A stretch of DNA of 42,782 bases from Planctomycetota bacterium. GTDB lineage: Bacteria > Planctomycetota > Planctomycetia > Pirellulales > UBA1268. The stretch is from assembly GCA_016872925.1 (NCBI GenBank), contig VGYR01000001.1, forward strand, positions 1 to 42,782, given 5' to 3'. Made by a program: the position numbers and the translations under genes. This document shows positions 37,732 to 42,782 of this stretch, piece by piece (positions within the stretch are counted from its first letter, which is position 1; the number at the start of each line of letters is the position of its first letter). Below the pieces are notes generated by a model. That model did no database searches and was not told the origin of the DNA. It worked only from the letters and a program-made list of their open reading frames with translations.

Positions 37732-38681
37732 GTCGTTCCGGAGGGGCACGGGGCGGCGGCGATGCGGACGGCGGTCGCCACGTCATCGGCCAGCCGGGCC
37801 TTGAGCTCATCGACCGACGTGAAGCAACGAGTGTCACGGACGTGGTCGAGGAAGTCAACGTCGAGCGTCCTGCCGTACAGGTCGCCGCGGAAGCCGACGA
37901 GATGGACCTCCACGGATACGGCCGTCTCGCCGAAGGTGGCGTTGGGCCCGACGTGCACGGCGGCCGCGTGCACCCCGCCATCCACCTTCACCCGCGCCGC
38001 GTAGACACCCAGCGCCGGCAAGAGCGTGGCGATGCCCGCGAGGTTGGCCGTCGGGAAGCCGAGCGTGGCACCGCGGCGGGCGCCGACGACGACGGTGCCG
38101 GTGAGCCGGTAGGGCCCGGTCAACAGCTCGCTCGCCTCGGCCACGCGGCCTGCCGCCACGAGCGCCCGGATCCGCGAGCTCGACACCGGCTCGCCGCCGG
38201 CCACGACGGGCGGCACCACGTCGAGCTCGACGCCCGCCGCGGCGCAGAGCCGCTCGAGCATGGCGACGTCGCCCCGCCGCCGGGCCCCGAACCGAAAGTC
38301 CCGCCCCTCGACGAGGCATGCCGCCGCCATCCGTCCGCGGAGGATACCGGCGAAGAATGCCTCCGGCTCCAGCGCCATCAGCAGGGCGTCGGCCGGCTGC
38401 ACGCACACCGCGTCGACGCCCAGCGCCAGGAGCAGCTCGGCCCGGCGGGCCGGCGTGGTCAGCGGCACCGGCGCCTCCGCCGGCCGCAGCACGCTGGCGG
38501 GATGCGGATCGAACGTGAGCACGACCGCCGGCACGCGGTGTCGCGCGGCGGCCGCCCGCAGGCGGTCCACGATCGCCGCATGGCCGACGTGCACGCCGTC
38601 GAAGTTGCCCACCGCTGCGGCACACGCCGCGAATGGCCCGGCGTCCGGCGGAAAGACGGTCGGTGCGGCGATGGACTGCAC
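37728..38681 (-). CDS. ribF: Bifunctional riboflavin kinase / FMN adenylyltransferase
   Basis: C-terminal 317 aa of ORF 37728..40697. GNFDGVHVGH, SSSRIR, GFPTANL, EVHL..F.GDLYG. The GTG 38681 start is inferred, so the exact start is uncertain. Confidence 0.88.
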   Translation of the reverse strand: MQSIAAPTVFPPDAGPFAACAAAVGNFDGVHVGHAAIVDRLRAAAARHRVPAVVLTFDPHPASVLRPAEAPVPLTTPARRAELLLALGVDAVCVQPADALLMALEPEAFFAGILRGRMAAACLVEGRDFRFGARRRGDVAMLERLCAAAGVELDVVPPVVAGGEPVSSSRIRALVAAGRVAEASELLTGPYRLTGTVVVGARRGATLGFPTANLAGIATLLPALGVYAARVKVDGGVHAAAVHVGPNATFGETAVSVEVHLVGFRGDLYGRTLDVDFLDHVRDTRCFTSVDELKARLADDVATAVRIAAAPCPSGTT

Positions 38682-38801
38682 GGCGGGCGGAACGCGAGGG
38701 GGACGTTCGACAAGATCGCGACGTGGGCAGTGTACCGCGGGAAACCGGGGCCACGGTATGATTCCCGCCGCCCCCGGAGTTGCCCGTCCGTGCCCGACGT
38801 G

Positions 38802-40403
38802 ATGCCCATCACCGAAGACCGGCAGATCTATCTCTCGGCCGAACTCGCCTGCCGGCTCGGGGCGATCGACATCGGTTCGAACTCGGTCCGTCTGCTCGTC
38901 GCCGAGGCGATCCGCGGCGGCGCCTACCGGATCCTCGACGAGGAAAGGGAGCCCACCCGGCTGGGCCGCAGCGCGTCGCTGGAGGGGTGGCTCGACGAGG
39001 AGTCGATGAACCGCACCCTGGCGGCCCTCCGCACCTTCAAGGAAATCGCGACCGGCTACCAGGTGACGCGGCTGCGGACGATCGCCACCTGCGCGGTCCG
39101 CGAGGCCCGCAACGGCCCCGAGTTCTGCCGCCGGATCCGCGAGGAGGTCGGGCTCGAGGTGGAGGTGATCTCCGGGGAGCGGGAGGCGCGGCTGGCATTC
39201 CTGAGCGTCCAACATGCCTTCGATCTCGCCGGCCGCAACACGATCGTGGCCGACATCGGGGGCGGCAGCACGGAGATCGTGTTCGCCACCGGAAATCTGA
39301 TCGAGTCGATCTTTTCCACGCCGCTGGGCGCCGTGCGGCTCACCGAGCAGTTCGCCCTCGGCGACTGCTGCGACGGGCCGGAGGCCGCCCGGAGCCTGGA
39401 GCGGCTCGACGACGAGATCACGGGCGTGCTCAAGAAGCGGACCACCAAGCCGCTGTTCGCCCCCCACGTGCTCGTCGGCTGCGGCGGCACCTACACCACG
39501 CTCGCCGAGCTGTTGATGGCCACGAGGCGGCAGGCCGATGCGCCGTTGGCGGGCTACAAGGTGTCGCACGCGGAGGTCCGCCACCTCTGCGACCGGCTCC
39601 GGAAGATGCCCCTGCGGGCGCGGCGAAGCATGCCGGGCATGACCCCCGACCGTGCCGACATCATCGTCGCCGGGCTCTCGATCGTCGACGCGCTGATGCG
39701 GCGGTTCAACGTCAACACGCTGGCGATCCACACCCGCGGAGTTCGCGACGGCCTGCTCCGCGAGATGATCGACGAGGCCGCCGTCGGTGACGACGGCATC
39801 GACGACGCCGCCCTCCGCGACGCCGCGATCGATCGGCTCGCCGCCGCCTGCTCCGGCGAGGCCGAGCATGGGCGGACGGTGGCGACGCTGGCCGGGAGGA
39901 TCTTCGAGCAGGTCGCCGAACCGCTCGACCTGCCGCCCGCCGACCGGCTGCTGCTGGAGTGCGCGGCCCGGCTGCAGGACGTGGGCTACGTGATCAACTA
40001 CGACCAGCACCACAAGCACAGTTACCACCTGATCCGCAACAGCCGCCTGCCGGGCCTGCGGCCGCACGACCTGGAACTGGTGGCCAACGTGGCCCGCTAC
40101 CACCGCGGCGCCCTCCCCAAGAAGAAGCACGAGAACCTCTCCAGGCTCTCTCCCGACGACCAGCGGCGGGTGCAGCGGCTGGCGGCGATCCTGCGGATGG
40201 CGGGGGGCCTCGACCGCAGCCGGTCGCAGCAGGTGCGGGACGTGGTCGCGGCCGTCCACGGCGGCCGGCTGGTGCTCGACGTGGTGGCCGACCAGGAGCC
40301 GCAGGTCGACATCTGGGGCGCCGAACGGCGGACGGACCTCTTCGAGAAGGTGTTCGGAATGAAGGTCGACGTCCGCTGGGCGGGAGAGGCCGCCGCGCGG
40401 TGA
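38802..40403 (+). CDS. ppx: Exopolyphosphatase / guanosine pentaphosphate phosphohydrolase family protein
   Basis: ATG 38802. IDIGSNSVRLLV, DIGGGSTE, then the C-terminal HD-like region HHKHSYHLI. Confidence 0.9.
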   Translation: MPITEDRQIYLSAELACRLGAIDIGSNSVRLLVAEAIRGGAYRILDEEREPTRLGRSASLEGWLDEESMNRTLAALRTFKEIATGYQVTRLRTIATCAVREARNGPEFCRRIREEVGLEVEVISGEREARLAFLSVQHAFDLAGRNTIVADIGGGSTEIVFATGNLIESIFSTPLGAVRLTEQFALGDCCDGPEAARSLERLDDEITGVLKKRTTKPLFAPHVLVGCGGTYTTLAELLMATRRQADAPLAGYKVSHAEVRHLCDRLRKMPLRARRSMPGMTPDRADIIVAGLSIVDALMRRFNVNTLAIHTRGVRDGLLREMIDEAAVGDDGIDDAALRDAAIDRLAAACSGEAEHGRTVATLAGRIFEQVAEPLDLPPADRLLLECAARLQDVGYVINYDQHHKHSYHLIRNSRLPGLRPHDLELVANVARYHRGALPKKKHENLSRLSPDDQRRVQRLAAILRMAGGLDRSRSQQVRDVVAAVHGGRLVLDVVADQEPQVDIWGAERRTDLFEKVFGMKVDVRWAGEAAAR

Positions 40404-40584
40404 CGGTCGGCCCCACGCGCGTCGGTGATGGGGGCTGCGCGACGCCGGGCGACAAGGCATGGGCGGCTCCGCGCCCCTACGATCCGCCCAGCCGTCAGAG
40501 GTGTGTCCGTGTCGCCGACAGGCACGCCGGCGGCCCGGAAGTGCCGATGATGTCCTTGAACGACGCTCCTTCCACGGCACCACC

Positions 40585-40917
40585 ATGCGCCTCGCCATCC
40601 TGCTCGTCGTCGCGGCGTCACTCGCCTCGGCCTCGCCCGCCGAGGGGGCCGGCCGGCGGTGGTTCAGCGGGCCGCGGTCGCCGATGTCGCTCGGCACGCC
40701 GCAGCGGCAGGCGCCCTACGCTCCGGGCGCCTCGCCCTACGTCACCGGCCACGGCACGCGGCCGAAGTACTTCGTGCCCCCCACCAATCCGCGGACGCCG
40801 ACCTGGAAGATGTACGGCACCCCGCCGGGAGTCGTGCCGGGCGACTGGCCCACCTACGCGCCGCTCGGCTTCGGCGGCTACCGCTTCCCGGCGGTCGGCA
40901 ATCAGGCGTATCGGTAG
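40585..40917 (+). CDS. Small secreted Pro/Gly/Tyr-rich protein, unknown function
   Basis: ATG 40585. Signal peptide MRLAILLVVAASLASASPAEG. 110 aa. High GC3. Confidence 0.55.
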   Translation: MRLAILLVVAASLASASPAEGAGRRWFSGPRSPMSLGTPQRQAPYAPGASPYVTGHGTRPKYFVPPTNPRTPTWKMYGTPPGVVPGDWPTYAPLGFGGYRFPAVGNQAYR

Positions 40918-40935
40918 CCGCTCCGCGAGCCGGCC

Positions 40936-42126
40936 ATGAAGGTCATCGTCGTCGGCGCGGGCATCGGGGGGGCGAGCACCGCGATCGCGCTCAAGCACCT
41001 CGGCCACGAGGTCGTGGTCTACGACCAGATGACCGGAAACAAGCCGGTCGGGGCGGCGCTCTCGCTGTGGTCCAACGGCGTGAAGGTGCTCAACTGGCTC
41101 GGGCTCGGCGCCGAGGTGGCGGCGCTCGGCGGCCGGATGGACGACATGGCCTACCTCGACGGCCACAGCGGCGCGCCGCTCTGCCGGTTCAGCCTCGCCC
41201 CCGTCACCGCTCAGACCGGTCAGCGGCCCTATCCGGTCGCCCGGGCCGACCTGCAGGCGCTGCTGATGGAGCGGTTCGGGATGGACCGCATCCGGCTCGA
41301 TGCCCGGCTCGTAGGCCTCGCCGACGACGGCACGACCGTGACGGCGACGTTCGCCGACGGCTCGACCGACACGGCGGACATGCTGATCGCCGCCGACGGC
41401 GCCCGCTCGGCGGCCCGCGACTATGTCACGAGGGCGAACGAGGGAGGCCGCCGGATCGAGCGGACCTACTCCGGCTACGTGAACTTCAACGGCCTGATCC
41501 CGGTCGACGAGCGGATCGGCCCGGCGACGCAGTGGACGACCTACGTGGGCGAGGGCAAGCGGTGCTCCGTGATGCCGGTGGCCGGCGGCCGGTTCTACTT
41601 CTTCGTCGACATTCCCCAGCCGGCGGGCCTGCCCTACGACCGCGGCGCGGGCAAGCGGCCGCTCGAGGAGGCGTTCGGCCACTGGACGGCCGGCGTGCGG
41701 GCGCTGCTCGACGCGATCGACCCGGCCGCATCGCTCAACCGCGTGGAGATCTGGGACGTCGACCCGTTTCACACCTGGGTCCGGGGGCGGGTCGCCCTGC
41801 TCGGCGACGCGGCGCACACCACCTCCCCCGACATCGGCCAGGGCGCCTGCTCGGCCCTGGAAGACACCTTCGCGCTGGCGATCTCCCTGGCCACCAACAC
41901 CATCGGCATCGAGGACAGCCTGGTCCGCTACCAGCGGATCCGCTCCCCCCGCGCGGCCGACCTCGTGCTCCGGGCCCGGAAGCGGTGCCAGGAGACGCAC
42001 GCGTTCGATCCGGTCGCCACGCAGGCGTGGTACGAGAGCCTGAAGACCGAGGACGGCTCGGGCATCATCAAGGGCATCGTGGGCAACATCGCCGCCAGCC
42101 CGATCAACCTCGGTGGCGGCGGATGA
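40936..42126 (+). CDS. FAD-dependent aromatic-ring monooxygenase (salicylate-hydroxylase/UbiH-like)
   Basis: MKVIVVGAGIGGA (GxGxxG), ADGARS, LLGDAAHTTSPDIGQGA. Confidence 0.9.
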   Translation: MKVIVVGAGIGGASTAIALKHLGHEVVVYDQMTGNKPVGAALSLWSNGVKVLNWLGLGAEVAALGGRMDDMAYLDGHSGAPLCRFSLAPVTAQTGQRPYPVARADLQALLMERFGMDRIRLDARLVGLADDGTTVTATFADGSTDTADMLIAADGARSAARDYVTRANEGGRRIERTYSGYVNFNGLIPVDERIGPATQWTTYVGEGKRCSVMPVAGGRFYFFVDIPQPAGLPYDRGAGKRPLEEAFGHWTAGVRALLDAIDPAASLNRVEIWDVDPFHTWVRGRVALLGDAAHTTSPDIGQGACSALEDTFALAISLATNTIGIEDSLVRYQRIRSPRAADLVLRARKRCQETHAFDPVATQAWYESLKTEDGSGIIKGIVGNIAASPINLGGGG

Positions 42127-42688
42127 GCGCGGCGGCGAGCAGGCATCCTGCCCCGGCAAGCGCCACCGTGCCGGGCTCCGGCACCGCGACGAGGGCGAGC
42201 GTGTTGCCGCCCAGGTAGTTGGAGTCGAGCGTGTAGCCGGTCGGCAGGCTGGTGACCGTGCCGAACGTGCCGGCAAGCGAGGCGTAGGAGCCGAACACGT
42301 AGGCAGGCTCCGTGAGCGGGTCGAGAACGGTGAAGGCGACACTCGACGTCGGAGCGAGCGAGAGCGCCGTCGCCACGCCGATGCCGCCCGACTAGGAACC
42401 CGAGAGGAAGATCTCGAGACCCCCGCCGAGCGCGAGGCCGGACCCGAAGGAGAGCGTGCCCTGCCCCTGCGGCTGCACGATCGATCCCGTGCCGGTCGTC
42501 ACGCCACCGAGCACCGTGCCCGTGGCCCGCAGCGTCTGGCCACTCGCCAGGGTGAACCCGCCGGTGACGCCCGTCACGTTGAGCACGCCGTAGACGGCCA
42601 CGTCGGTACTTGACGCAATGTTGTTCGCCGCCGCCAACAGGGCGAGCGTGCCGCCGGACTGCACCACGGTGCTGCCGGAGTAGAGTCT
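42104..42688 (-). pseudogene. 3' remnant of a beta-strand-repeat surface protein with PEP-CTERM anchor, interrupted by an in-frame TAG
   Basis: ORFs 42104..42376 and 42392..42667 are in the same frame, separated only by TAG at 42392..42394. Gly/Thr-rich repeats (GGTLALLAAANNI..., GTVLGGVTTGTGSIV) and C-terminal VPEPGTVALAGAGCLLAAALIRRHR. The frame closes upstream at TAA 42689..42691, where GC content drops. No start or signal peptide is present. Confidence 0.7.
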
Positions 42689-42782
42689 TTATTCGTGACA
42701 CACACGTCGTTTGCGCGCATGTTTACGCTGCCGTCGCCAGTCCGTGGTAATGCAGCCTGACACACGTGCCGAGGACGCTCTG

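Overview
This is a high-GC (roughly 70%) bacterial chromosomal segment. Its gene content looks Planctomycetota-like: DUF1570, a DUF1080/ThuA fusion, a Tat-signal Gfo/Idh/MocA oxidoreductase, PEP-CTERM proteins, a membrane kinase-like protein and a Rieske/cytochrome b-c fusion. The phylum assignment is an inference. I call about 40 protein-coding genes and found no rRNA, tRNA or CRISPR array by eye.

Housekeeping genes recognised with high confidence are ispF, cysS, thiC, mgtE, a glutamate dehydrogenase, ribF, nrnA-like, ppx/gppA and a Rieske + cytochrome b/c pair. The left edge carries the 5' part of an IS701-family transposase gene, which I read from the minus strand because it is absent from the ORF track. 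The right edge ends in a degraded PEP-CTERM gene next to a drop in GC content.

The most interesting content is a run of ten same-strand, mostly translationally coupled genes (17675 down to 8005). It joins an ABC-2 exporter with a nested MDR reductase, a YeiH-like transporter and an unlisted 73-aa membrane protein to an ebo-like core: a UbiA prenyltransferase flanked by two paralogous xylose-isomerase-like TIM barrels, plus an alkaline-phosphatase-family enzyme.

Other points of interest:
- A thiC / STAS-fusion / ABC-importer array.
- A transmembrane pseudokinase with an apparent 3' frameshift.
- A mosaic family of structured intergenic repeats at four loci, including a perfect 89-bp tandem duplication.

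Most long ORFs in the supplied track that lie antisense to these genes are high-GC shadow ORFs.
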